Of a DNA stretch of 64,000 nt, positions 1 through 9,170 are shown piece after piece. Positions within the stretch are counted from its first letter, which is position 1; the number at the start of each line of letters is the position of its first letter. A program made the translations under genes and the position numbers. Source of the stretch: Alphaproteobacteria bacterium (lineage in GTDB: Bacteria; Pseudomonadota; Alphaproteobacteria; Rs-D84); contig JAFQTD010000029.1 of assembly GCA_017409215.1 (NCBI GenBank), positions 64,106 to 128,105 of the forward strand, in the 5' to 3' direction. A model generated the notes under the pieces. That model saw only the letters and a program-made list of their open reading frames with translations, did no database searches and was not told where the DNA came from.

Positions 1-31
1 TTCTGTTATTGTTAAGTTTATCATAGGTTGC

Positions 32-307
32 CTATCTTTGGTTTAATAAAATTTTGTTTAAGAATTTTGTTGGGATTATGTTTGCAAGATAACACCAGTT
101 GTTTACTTGTACGTGTGTGTTCACATTGGTACCAATGTTGTACGAGAATTTACCAGTTGGGGCACTAATACAAGCAATTGTTTTCATATTAGCAGTATGA
201 TATATTTCAAGTTGCATAACAGCGTGTTCGGGTGAACATTTATTAAAACGTGCGTCCAGTGGTGTTATAGAATCTTGTGTTTTTATCGTCTGTTTCATAT
301 GTTTCAT
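32..307 (-). CDS. hypothetical protein (91 aa)
   Basis: Intact ORF 17 nt downstream of gatC on the same strand. No motif I recognise. It occupies the position where gatA often follows gatC. Confidence 0.3.
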   Translation of the reverse strand: MKHMKQTIKTQDSITPLDARFNKCSPEHAVMQLEIYHTANMKTIACISAPTGKFSYNIGTNVNTHVQVNNWCYLANIIPTKFLNKILLNQR

Positions 308-324
308 ATCTTTGTGTCCTTGGT

Positions 325-621
325 TTAATCACCATCCATAACCTTGGGTACTGCGAAATAGCCACGTGATGTGCCGGCATTATCAGGTGTGTTTGCCAGA
401 ACCAAGTCGCGAATATTACCATCTGTCACAATGTCTGCGCGTGTGGGCAATTTGTGTTCAGATGGATTTAGTAAAGGTTTTACACCAGTTGTGTCGATTT
501 GCTTTAATTTATCCAGCCATTCAACAACAGAATCAATATTCATTTTTTCCATTTCTTCTGGTGTGATTTCAATCTGTATTAAATCAGCGAATTTTTGTAA
601 TTGTTGCTTGCTAAATGCCAT
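325..621 (-). CDS. gatC: Asp/Glu-tRNA amidotransferase subunit C
   Basis: About 98 aa with GatC-like sequence (LIQIEITPEEMEKM...VVEWLDKLKQIDT...). The ATG at 621 is preceded by AGGA. The TTG start at 627 in the ORF track is less likely. Confidence 0.85.
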   Translation of the reverse strand: MAFSKQQLQKFADLIQIEITPEEMEKMNIDSVVEWLDKLKQIDTTGVKPLLNPSEHKLPTRADIVTDGNIRDLVLANTPDNAGTSRGYFAVPKVMDGD

Positions 622-658
622 TTTCAATCCTATATTTGTAAAGTAAAGGAATTATACT

Positions 659-1108
659 ATGATTTTACAGAATTTCAAGGTTTTTCCGCGTGTTGGGCGT
701 GTGTTGGGGGTCGACTGGGGAATGCGACGCATTGGTGTCGCAGTGTCCGATGAAACGCGTCAGTTTGTTTTTACGCGTCCTGTGTTGAACTTTAAGTCAA
801 ATCAAAACAATCAGGCTGATGTTGTTGCAAAATGTGCGATGGAAGAGGGGGCTGTTGGAATTGTTGTTGGGTTGCCAGTGTATAATGATGGCAGTGATTC
901 AGAAACAACTGTTCTGGTGCGAGAATTTGTAAAGCAACTGACGGAAAAAATTGATTTGCCAATTTGTATGCTGGAAGAAAATTTGACATCGGTTGTTGCC
1001 CAGGAAGAAATGGGGCGGGTTCGTGTCCGCGACTTAAAAGAAATATTAGATTCAGAATCTGCACGTGTGATATTGGAAAATGCAATTGCAATAATTAACC
1101 GGTCTTAG
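659..1108 (+). CDS. ruvX: YqgF/RuvX putative pre-16S rRNA nuclease / Holliday junction resolvase-like
   Basis: N-terminal GVDWGMRRIGVAVSD motif and a 149-aa length typical of the YqgF family. Confidence 0.85.
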   Translation: MILQNFKVFPRVGRVLGVDWGMRRIGVAVSDETRQFVFTRPVLNFKSNQNNQADVVAKCAMEEGAVGIVVGLPVYNDGSDSETTVLVREFVKQLTEKIDLPICMLEENLTSVVAQEEMGRVRVRDLKEILDSESARVILENAIAIINRS

Positions 1109-1142
1109 AAAAAGACCGGTTTTTATGCGTATAGAGAATTTT

Positions 1143-2186
1143 TTAGTCTTCGTCTTTGTCGGGTATTTCGCCGTTTTCGGACAGCAAGATTGCAATTGGG
1201 CGTGTTGTGTCAAATTGTGCACATATAATGTATATCGCAACCAGCATTGGAACACTGAAAAACATACCAGCAATACCCCATACCATACCCCAGAATACAA
1301 GATTAATTAAAATTGCAAGGGTTGATAGGTTTAATGTCTTTCCAGTTAGTTTTGGTTCAATTATGTTACCAAATAGTATTTGTAAACCAATTAGTCCAAT
1401 CGCGGTTAATATCGGTTGTTGTAGCGATGGGGCAGAAACAAGCGAATATAAAATTGGTAGACCACACGCAACAAAAGCGCCAATTGTTGGGATGTAGCTG
1501 GTTATAAATACTATAAATGCCCATACGCCAGCAAATTCAACGTCGATAAGTTGCAGCCATACGTATGATGCGACACCTGTTATGCCTGATATAGTTGTTT
1601 TGATAAACAGGTATTTTTTCATATTTGTATCAATACTGTCGATGATATACCGAATTTTTTTTGATTGGCGTTTGTTTGGGAACATTGCTTGAAATTTTTT
1701 GTTAAATGTGCTTTGTTCGATGAAAATAAATATCATATAGACAAGTACCATTCCCATTGATGCGGCAAGACCAGCAACTGATGAGCCGATGTTTGCTGCA
1801 ATCTTGGTAATGTTGGGTATCATATTGGTATCAAATTTTATGCCAACAGAGTTGGATAGATATGCACCAAATTCAATCAGTTTTTCCTGCAGTGCTGGTA
1901 ATGCTGTTAATAATTCGGAAAACATTGGTTTGATTTGCGTGATAAATAGGTAGCATACCAAAAGGACTGTTGCCAGTGTGCCAGCATACGATAATATGTT
2001 AAATGTTGTTTGCCATGCATTGGATGCATATTTTTTGGAATCTTTGTTTGGGAAAACTTTACGATAATAGTCCGAAATCGCATTCATTAAATACCATAAA
2101 AAAGTTGCAATTAATAACGGTATTATTATAGAGCGACCAAACCATAAAATTAATATTAACCCAATAAATACAAGAAATTTGTTCAT
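1143..2186 (-). CDS. AI-2E family (PerM/YhhT-like) transporter
   Basis: Polytopic membrane protein of 347 aa. The conserved C-terminal block NLVFWGMVWGIAGMFFSVPM is typical of the AI-2E/UPF0118 family. Confidence 0.8.
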   Translation of the reverse strand: MNKFLVFIGLILILWFGRSIIIPLLIATFLWYLMNAISDYYRKVFPNKDSKKYASNAWQTTFNILSYAGTLATVLLVCYLFITQIKPMFSELLTALPALQEKLIEFGAYLSNSVGIKFDTNMIPNITKIAANIGSSVAGLAASMGMVLVYMIFIFIEQSTFNKKFQAMFPNKRQSKKIRYIIDSIDTNMKKYLFIKTTISGITGVASYVWLQLIDVEFAGVWAFIVFITSYIPTIGAFVACGLPILYSLVSAPSLQQPILTAIGLIGLQILFGNIIEPKLTGKTLNLSTLAILINLVFWGMVWGIAGMFFSVPMLVAIYIICAQFDTTRPIAILLSENGEIPDKDED

Positions 2187-3106
2187 TGTTGTAATCCTTG
2201 GATAACGGTTGTTTCAGTGATGTTTATTTCAACGTCAGGTGCGCTGTGTGTTGCGCCCAAGGTGAATATAAATATTGTTCCGATAAGTAGTATAATGTTC
2301 GCGATTATTGCAAATGTTGTGTAGCCGCCATTAATCTTGGTTGTGAATTTCTTGGCGCCAATTTGCATTGCCCATATACCAAAAATCAGGGCCAGCATTA
2401 TTTGTAATAATGTGGCATTAAGATTTGTAAATAACCCTGGGCAAATGCAGATTAGTATAAACGCGGTAATACAATTGCCAAGGTTGCGAACCGTCCATTT
2501 GGTGAATTTGTTATACCATTTAATTTTGGTTGTGTATGATTGTTGTTCTTTGGATGCAGATGGTAAAATATAGCCGGGAATCCATAATGCAGAAAAACCA
2601 AAGGGCATTGTTAAAAATATTTTATATGTTGGTATGCCAAAACTGCGTATACGAAGAAACTTGGCGTATAGGTTTGAAATTTTTAGTCCGATAATCGATA
2701 GTGCAATTGTCGAAAGTAGTATTAAAAATGCATATGACCACAAGGTTGTTCTGTGTTGTGCATATAGTGTTTCTGTAATATATTCTTGTCCATAATTAAT
2801 AAACAGAACCAGTGATAAAAGTGTGCCGATAAAATATAAGATAGTTTGTGCGTTTTGTATCATAACAAAAGATGTTCTGTCCATCTTATGTTTTGGTAAC
2901 CGCTGTATTAATTTAACAGTGCAATAAATGAAAACTAGTGTTGACAATGCGATGGCTGTTGGTATGGATATAGGCTTTTGGAATATTGTACATAGTGCGC
3001 TGTAAAGGAATATTATAATGCATGAAGTAACAAAAAGTGTGCCGGCAAATTTTAGTGGTTGCCAAATAAGCCAGTTTGAAATTTTTGATTGAGGTTCTGT
3101 TTTCAT
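2183..3106 (-). CDS. polytopic membrane protein, family not recognised
   Basis: 307 aa with about 8 hydrophobic segments. It has a 4-nt ATGA overlap with the downstream transporter gene. It sits where sufD/sufS would be expected after sufC. Confidence 0.5.
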   Translation of the reverse strand: MKTEPQSKISNWLIWQPLKFAGTLFVTSCIIIFLYSALCTIFQKPISIPTAIALSTLVFIYCTVKLIQRLPKHKMDRTSFVMIQNAQTILYFIGTLLSLVLFINYGQEYITETLYAQHRTTLWSYAFLILLSTIALSIIGLKISNLYAKFLRIRSFGIPTYKIFLTMPFGFSALWIPGYILPSASKEQQSYTTKIKWYNKFTKWTVRNLGNCITAFILICICPGLFTNLNATLLQIMLALIFGIWAMQIGAKKFTTKINGGYTTFAIIANIILLIGTIFIFTLGATHSAPDVEINITETTVIQGLQQ

Positions 3107-3130
3107 TTTTTGTCCTTATGGTTTATAAAT

Positions 3131-3808
3131 TTATTCTATCATAATTTTGCCGCCAGATAAAGTCGTTGTGTCAGTTGGCGAGATTAAATCCGTAAATGCT
3201 GTTTGGTGGCTGATGAATAAAAATGTTGTTTGTGGCATACTTGCAATTGTTTCTGCAATTAATTTTTGTGTTGCGTTGTCTGCGCCAGAGTCTGGTTCAT
3301 CAAGGATTGCAAGTTTTGGTTGGGTCATTAATAGTTGTAACAGCATAAGACGCTTGCGTTCGCCGCCAGAAAAACCAACGTTAACACCGCGATTAAGCCA
3401 TTCGCGTGGTATGTTTAATTTTTTACGGTTTTCTTCCAGAGTTTCTAAAAATTCACCCATTGATAAATCACGTCCTGTGTCAAAGTGGGTGTGTGCAATA
3501 CAGGAATGTTTCAGAAAGCTTAGAACAGATAGGCCAGGAATTTCTGGGACGTGTTGCGCGCCAAGAAATATGCCCAAAAGTGCACGTCTTGTTGCGTTTT
3601 CTGTTGTAATGTCTGTGCCGTTAAAAATAATTTTGCCAGATGTTATGGTGTAATCAGCATCACCTGCAACTGTGCGCGCTAGGCTGGATTTACCTGAACC
3701 GTTGTGGCCAGCCAGTAAATGTCGCGCCCCAGATTTGACCTGTAGATTTATATCGTGTAATAATTCTTGGTCTGCAAAATTTACGCTTAGGTTTGTTATG
3801 TTTAGCAT
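3131..3808 (-). CDS. sufC: Fe-S cluster assembly ATPase SufC
   Basis: Walker A GHNGSGKSS, ABC signature FSGGERKR and Walker B LAILDEPDSG. It lies immediately downstream of sufB. Confidence 0.85.
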   Translation of the reverse strand: MLNITNLSVNFADQELLHDINLQVKSGARHLLAGHNGSGKSSLARTVAGDADYTITSGKIIFNGTDITTENATRRALLGIFLGAQHVPEIPGLSVLSFLKHSCIAHTHFDTGRDLSMGEFLETLEENRKKLNIPREWLNRGVNVGFSGGERKRLMLLQLLMTQPKLAILDEPDSGADNATQKLIAETIASMPQTTFLFISHQTAFTDLISPTDTTTLSGGKIMIE

Positions 3809-3811
3809 ATT

Positions 3812-5140
3812 TTAATCCTTTGATAGTGCCATTTGAATTAGTTGCTTTGATTCGACTAAAAATTCCATGGGCAGACGTGATAATACGGGGGTTGCAGCTG
3901 CACCGATGATTAACGCAATCGCAGAATCTGTTTCGATGCCCGCCATATTAAGATAGGTTAGGGTGGTGGAATCAATGGCGCCTGTTGTCGCTTCGTGTGA
4001 AATTTGGTTGTTGTCGCCACTGTGTATGACACGTGGCAAGGTATTGGCGGTTGCTGTGTCGCCAATTAGCCTGCTGTCGCACTTTGATGCGCATATGCAG
4101 TTGTTGCCAGAAAATGATACAAGGCTGCGAAATGTTTGGGTCGAATTGTCTGTTGCAACACCATATGATACGATGTTTGAAGTGCTGTTGTCGCCAATAT
4201 GAATCATTTTGGTCCCAGTGTCTGCCATTTGACCGTCGCGTGTTATAGACAGTGAATAAAAATCACTGTAAGAGTTTTTGCCGGACAGTATTGTTGATGG
4301 GTATTTCCATGTTAGTGCAGACCCAATTTCCATTTGTGTCCACAGTAATTTTGCATTGTCGGCGCAACGTCCACGTTTAGTGACAAAGTTTAATATGCCG
4401 CCTGTGTTCTTGGTGCCGTCATATTTTCCTGAATACCAGTTTTGAACGGTGGCATATTTTACGGTTGCGTTTTGGTTGACGATAATTTCAACAACACCGC
4501 TGTGCAGTTGGTGGTTGGGACGGCGCGGGGCGCTGCAGCCTTCCATATATGTTAATTCAGAACCTGTGTCTGCAATGATAAGTGTTCGTTCAAATTGACC
4601 AATCTTGGCGGTTTCAATTCTGAAATAACTGGCCAGGTCAATTGGGCATTTTGTATCAGGTGGAATATATACAAATGTGCCATCTGAAAAGACGGCGGCA
4701 TTTAGTGCAGCATAGTAGTTGTCTGTGCTGGGGACAACGGTTCCAAGATGAGATTTTACAAGGTCAGGATATTTTTGTACTGCGTCAGAAAATGGCAGGA
4801 ATATTATTCCAAGTTTTTCAAGTTCTGATTGGTATGAAGTGTGGACAGAACGGCTGTCGATTACTGTGTCGGTCGCCATACCCAGCAGTGCTTGTTTTTC
4901 ACTGGCGGGCAGACCCATTTTATCATAAATTTTTTCCAAATCTGAATTATCAACAGGCGCAGGTGCGTTATAATAATTTAACTTGTTATAGTCTATGTCT
5001 GGAATATCTAGTTCTGCCCAAGTGGGTGGCGTCATTTCTTGCCATGCTTTGAATGCGGACAGGCGCCAATCAAGTAGCCATTTGGGTTCGTGGCGTATGC
5101 TGGAAATTTTTTTGATAAGATTTTCAGATAATTTTGGCAT
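3812..5140 (-). CDS. sufB: Fe-S cluster assembly scaffold SufB
   Basis: SufB-type N-terminus (HEPKWLLDWRLSAFKAW...LNYYNAP) and SufBD beta-helix C-terminal blocks (ADTGTKMIHIG, SHEATTGAID). Confidence 0.85.
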   Translation of the reverse strand: MPKLSENLIKKISSIRHEPKWLLDWRLSAFKAWQEMTPPTWAELDIPDIDYNKLNYYNAPAPVDNSDLEKIYDKMGLPASEKQALLGMATDTVIDSRSVHTSYQSELEKLGIIFLPFSDAVQKYPDLVKSHLGTVVPSTDNYYAALNAAVFSDGTFVYIPPDTKCPIDLASYFRIETAKIGQFERTLIIADTGSELTYMEGCSAPRRPNHQLHSGVVEIIVNQNATVKYATVQNWYSGKYDGTKNTGGILNFVTKRGRCADNAKLLWTQMEIGSALTWKYPSTILSGKNSYSDFYSLSITRDGQMADTGTKMIHIGDNSTSNIVSYGVATDNSTQTFRSLVSFSGNNCICASKCDSRLIGDTATANTLPRVIHSGDNNQISHEATTGAIDSTTLTYLNMAGIETDSAIALIIGAAATPVLSRLPMEFLVESKQLIQMALSKD

Positions 5141-5145
5141 TGATT

Positions 5146-5688
5146 TTAATCGCTTTGATTAGCTAATTGTTTTGCCTGTGCAAAAAATGTTAATGATTGC
5201 CCAAGCAGACCGTCTGTAAAAGTGGATGCAAGTAAACCGTCGGTCTCTGTTGTGCTTAGATGATGCAGGAAATTGTCTGCGCGACGGATATAGTTGTCGA
5301 TGTTGCGTAAAACTTCAGAGTCTAGTTTGATTGCGCGACGTAGTTTTTCAAGTGCAAATGGATTTTTGGCATATTCGTCCATAATCCCACCAATGGCGCG
5401 CCATAGGGCGTGTTCGGGTGTGTTGCGGGGCATTATGTCAATGGCCGCCATAACAGGAATTAAACTTTGCAGTAAATCTTGGTATATCATTTCTGCGTGT
5501 TCGGCAACGGCATTCGTTGCGGATTTGTTCTTTAGAATCGATTGGATTTTTACCAGCAGATTATACTGATGTTCAAGTGTTTTGTTTAGGTTTGATGTGT
5601 GTGTGTCTATTTTGTGTATGTATGCAAATAAACCTGCAACGGATATGACTAGGATGGTTAGTAAAACTATTATGATGGTTGCTTGCAT
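5146..5688 (-). CDS. hypothetical membrane-anchored protein (180 aa)
   Basis: Single N-terminal TM helix (IIIVLLTILVISVAGLFAYI) followed by a helical soluble part. There is only a 5-nt gap to sufB, so it is probably co-transcribed. Confidence 0.45.
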   Translation of the reverse strand: MQATIIIVLLTILVISVAGLFAYIHKIDTHTSNLNKTLEHQYNLLVKIQSILKNKSATNAVAEHAEMIYQDLLQSLIPVMAAIDIMPRNTPEHALWRAIGGIMDEYAKNPFALEKLRRAIKLDSEVLRNIDNYIRRADNFLHHLSTTETDGLLASTFTDGLLGQSLTFFAQAKQLANQSD

Positions 5689-5795
5689 AGAGAAATCCTT
5701 AGGGTTGTATTTTTAAATTTACTGATAGTATAACATAAAATTACCGATTCGCAGATTTTTATGTTTTCGTGTTTTTAAGTATCTGTTTTTAGGGC

Positions 5796-5824
5796 TTGCG
5801 CAGATTCGGTCAAATTGTTATAAT
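5796..5824 (+). promoter_or_regulatory. sigma70-like promoter candidate for the TcpQ-like/secretin pair
   Basis: TTGCGC (5796-5801), a 17-nt spacer and a perfect TATAAT (5819-5824), about 34 nt upstream of the ATG at 5858. Confidence 0.45.
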
Positions 5825-5857
5825 AATTATTAAAGAAGGAAGAAAAGGAAGTATAGT

Positions 5858-7060
5858 ATGTTCCGTAAGATATTGATTTTTGCTATGTTTGCAACTGCAG
5901 CGGGTTATTGTTTTGCGTCTGATGAATTGCAACAAATTGTCACTTCAGAGGTTTTTTATGATAAAGAAATTATTCCCGTAGAGGAAGAAGTTGTTGTTCA
6001 AGAAGTGATTCCTGCGTGGCCATTGGCTGGGTCAGAGGCGGATATAGAAGTTGGGTGTGGTGGAAATCCTAAGGTGAAACAACAGGATGATAATATTAGA
6101 ATTGTTTCAAAAATAGGTGATGATTTGGTGGTTGAAAACAATTTTAATATTGGTGCGCGTGGTGATTTTGGTGGTTGGTCTGGTGGTGCAAATATGTTGC
6201 ATGGAACCCAGATTCCTGTTGGATTTGATGACGAGTGTTTGTCGGGAACAGAGATGCCATTATTGCATCGTGAAGTTTTAGAGGATGATGGTGGTAATGT
6301 TTTGGCGGTGTCGCGCAGTGGTCGTAAAGTTTGCGGCAGTGCTGATGCTTATAATGCGTTCGCAGCAAGAAATAATTTTGTTTCGAAAAATACTGCTGAT
6401 GTGAATAAGGCTGTTTTGGATAATGGAAATGCGGTTGTGTCGTCTGATGGTAAAAATGTTGTTGTGTCGATGACGGATGGCAGTGTTGTAATTAGTGCAG
6501 ATGGCGATGTGTCTGCAAATGGGGCAAGTCAGATTTCGCAAAATGGTGGTGATATGGTTGCGACGTCTTCGGATGGCAGTGTTTCTGTTAGAGTTTCTGA
6601 TGATGGCAGAATTGTTGTGACGTCTTATGAAAGTGAAGTGATTGTGGAAGAAGGGGTTATCGTTGCTGTTAATGGTAATGGTGAGGTTTTGACCGAGGAA
6701 AGTGCCGACTATGCAAGCACTTCGGGTGTGTCGACTGATGTGGCAGAAACAGAGATTGCAGTTGATGTGTCCGCAGATGCCGAGGCGCCAGTGGTTTTGA
6801 AGGACCAGGTTCGTTCTTGGGTTGTGGTTAATGGACAGACCCTGCGTGAGGTTTTGCAATCATGGGCAGACAAAGAGGGCTGGGATTTAGTTTGGACAAC
6901 TGCGCGTGAATATCCAATTGAGGCAAGTGCTGTATTCAAAGGGCGCTTTGTGGATGTTGCGTCGGCTTTGGTACGCAATTTTGGGCGTGCAACACCTGTG
7001 CCATATGCAAAGTTTTATAAGGGAAACAGGGTTTTGGTCGTTTCAACAGTTGATGAGTAG
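5858..7060 (+). CDS. TcpQ-domain protein (PilL-like type IVb pilus biogenesis protein)
   Basis: Signal peptide. The central region has repetitive S-x-DG-x-V-V-x-S beta-strand repeats. The C-terminal block WVVVNGQTLREVLQSWADKEGWDLVWT...YKGNRVLVVS matches the TcpQ/PilL domain pattern. It is directly upstream of a PilN-type secretin gene. Confidence 0.6.
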   Translation: MFRKILIFAMFATAAGYCFASDELQQIVTSEVFYDKEIIPVEEEVVVQEVIPAWPLAGSEADIEVGCGGNPKVKQQDDNIRIVSKIGDDLVVENNFNIGARGDFGGWSGGANMLHGTQIPVGFDDECLSGTEMPLLHREVLEDDGGNVLAVSRSGRKVCGSADAYNAFAARNNFVSKNTADVNKAVLDNGNAVVSSDGKNVVVSMTDGSVVISADGDVSANGASQISQNGGDMVATSSDGSVSVRVSDDGRIVVTSYESEVIVEEGVIVAVNGNGEVLTEESADYASTSGVSTDVAETEIAVDVSADAEAPVVLKDQVRSWVVVNGQTLREVLQSWADKEGWDLVWTTAREYPIEASAVFKGRFVDVASALVRNFGRATPVPYAKFYKGNRVLVVSTVDE

Positions 7061-7090
7061 TGGTGTAGTGGCCGCTAAGGAGATGATGAT

Positions 7091-8719
7091 ATGAAAAGTA
7101 TAATGAAGAAAATAACGGTTTGTGTTTTGTGTGTGCTTGCAGTTGCAGGATGTGCGAAACGCGAATCTGCCAAGGTTGCGGCAACCGTTGATCAAGATTT
7201 CGTTAATGCGTATGATGCGTTTGAAATGGCAAAAAATCCACGTGCAAAGGTGGCAAGTGGTGATACTGTTTCTGTTTCCGAAGGTGTTTGGTTGGGAAAT
7301 AAATCTGTGGTCTTGGAACACAGAAATAATTTGCCGGCAAAGTTTGAAACAGATACAGGGGTGACGATTTTGTTGAACGAGCCTGTTTCGTTGCAAGTTT
7401 TGGCTAATGATATTTATTCGATTACTGGTATTCCTGTGAAAATTGATGGACAGGTATCGCAGGATAAGTTAAGGAATCAGGTTAATGTTGCTTATACTGG
7501 AAAATTGTCGGGATTGTTGTCTCAGGTCGCAACTGATTTAGATTTATTGTGGTATTATGACAAGGATTCTATTGTGTTTTATGAAACAGAAACACGTACG
7601 TTTACATTGTATGCCTTGGGGACAGAGGTTGCGTATCAGACGTCTGTGTCTACGGATAATTCTAATGAGGTTTCTTTGCAGTCTACATTAAAAGAATGGG
7701 ATGAGGTTGAAAATGCAATTTCATCAATTTTGGGGAAAAGTAGTAATGCGGACTTTACAGTATCACGCAGTCTGGGAACAATTACAGTGACGGCTTCGCC
7801 GTCTGTATTGGCGCGTGTGGGGGAATATATTGAACGTCAGAATAAACGTTTGAGTCAGTTGGTGACGATTGATGTTAAGGTTTTACAGGTGACGTTATCT
7901 AATGATACTGCGTTTGGTTTGAATTTGGCGGCCGCCATTAATTCTACGTCGGGATTGAATATTGTTGCGAATCCAAAAAATAATCTGGCATCAACAGAGG
8001 CTAGTTCTATGAATATTGCTGTGTTGTCTAATGCTGTTTCTGCATTGACGGGCGCGACACATATGGAAAATGGTTCTTTGGTTGAAGGGGCATATACGCA
8101 GGATCAGATTATGAATGGTTCATTGTCTGGTGTCGCAGGCAGTGCCGCATTGATTGAGGCTTTGGCAAAGCAGGGTAAGGTTTCGTTGGTGACGAATGTA
8201 GGTGTGACCACGCGTTCAAATCGTGTTGCGCCGGTAAGTAATACGCGTACAACAGGGTATATAAAACGATTCGAATCGCGTAATTTCACAACTGTTGAAT
8301 CAAGTACCGTTGATCAGGATGATTTAGAGACAGGGTTTACAATGCAGTTGTTGCCGAATGTCCTAGAGAATGGTAAGATTTTGTTGTTGTTCCGTATGTC
8401 TGTTCGTGAATTATTGCGTATGTCAACGCAGACAATTGGTGAGGTCACTTTGCAGTTGCCAGAGGTTGAAGAACGCAGTTTTATGCAGGAAATTATTATG
8501 GAATCGGGACAAATGTTGGTCTTGTCAGGCTTTGAAAAACAGACAAATGAAGATACCCGTTATGGTTTGGGGAATCCTGATTTTATGGCGCTTTCTGGTT
8601 CCCGCGAATCGTCGTCCACGCGTGAGGTTTTGGTTGTTATCTTGACACCACAGGTATTGGTCAGTCCAATGGATGTAGAGAGGGGTATTCAACAAAACTG
8701 GGGTGCGCCGTTAAATTAG
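7091..8719 (+). CDS. type IVb pilus secretin lipoprotein (R64 PilN family-like)
   Basis: Lipobox LAVAGC after the signal peptide. Secretin C-terminal domain (VTIDVKVLQVTLSNDTAFGLNL ... REVLVVILTPQVL). AGGAG lies 8 nt upstream of the ATG. Confidence 0.75.
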   Translation: MKSIMKKITVCVLCVLAVAGCAKRESAKVAATVDQDFVNAYDAFEMAKNPRAKVASGDTVSVSEGVWLGNKSVVLEHRNNLPAKFETDTGVTILLNEPVSLQVLANDIYSITGIPVKIDGQVSQDKLRNQVNVAYTGKLSGLLSQVATDLDLLWYYDKDSIVFYETETRTFTLYALGTEVAYQTSVSTDNSNEVSLQSTLKEWDEVENAISSILGKSSNADFTVSRSLGTITVTASPSVLARVGEYIERQNKRLSQLVTIDVKVLQVTLSNDTAFGLNLAAAINSTSGLNIVANPKNNLASTEASSMNIAVLSNAVSALTGATHMENGSLVEGAYTQDQIMNGSLSGVAGSAALIEALAKQGKVSLVTNVGVTTRSNRVAPVSNTRTTGYIKRFESRNFTTVESSTVDQDDLETGFTMQLLPNVLENGKILLLFRMSVRELLRMSTQTIGEVTLQLPEVEERSFMQEIIMESGQMLVLSGFEKQTNEDTRYGLGNPDFMALSGSRESSSTREVLVVILTPQVLVSPMDVERGIQQNWGAPLN

Positions 8720-8900
8720 ATATGATGGTATATCTAAAGTGAATGGGGGTGGCATATGTAGCATTTGTACACTACGTCACATCATTTGTTTTGTCTGAAC
8801 CATTCACTTTAATTTTTTAAATTAACTATAATAATTTATCTAAAATTCATCCTGATAACTTATTTGTATTCTGTATATTGTGTTATCGGGGTGAATTTAA
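8711..8900 (+). repeat. two degenerate copies of the DR-hairpin-DR element
   Basis: Copy 1 spans about 8711-8818 and copy 2 about 8819-8900. Both align to the elements after dnaA, the coiled-coil gene and dnaN (TATCTAAA, stem, TTATGTA..TGTA.A loop, stem). Confidence 0.7.
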
Positions 8901-9133
8901 TATAAAGTTAAAATTATTGTTTTTTTGTTCTTGTATGATGTTATTCGCATTATCATCAAGATTTTTGATGATGACGTGTGAGAATCCGTTCCATAGCGTT
9001 TGTATTAAATGTGGTTTTAATTTTATAAAGGAGAGTGCTGATATGTTGTTGCTTTTATTTCCCTTGCCATTAAAGAGGAATTAGGTAGGGTGACTGAATG
9101 GAGGTTTAGGGACTTGGAAGAAATAGTAAATAT

Positions 9134-9157
9134 AAAAAAATTCCCCAATCGGGGAAT
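9134..9157 (-). terminator. Rho-independent terminator of rpsT
   Basis: Stem ATTCCCC/GGGGAAT (9140-9146 / 9151-9157) flanked by an A-run and a T-run. Confidence 0.7.
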
Positions 9158-9170
9158 TTTTTATTCTTTA

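Noticed and set aside
6278-6859. 193-aa minus-strand ORF inside the TcpQ-like gene.
   Set aside because: It is antisense to the repetitive S-x-DG-x-V-V region. Its Asn/Ile/Arg/His-rich low-complexity translation mirrors the sense-strand repeats.
8878-9084. 68-aa plus-strand ORF in the pilN-rpsT spacer.
   Set aside because: It has a TTG/ATT-type weak start context in the ORF track and no RBS. It starts inside the decayed hairpin element and has no motif. The spacer is more likely decayed repeat or regulatory DNA.
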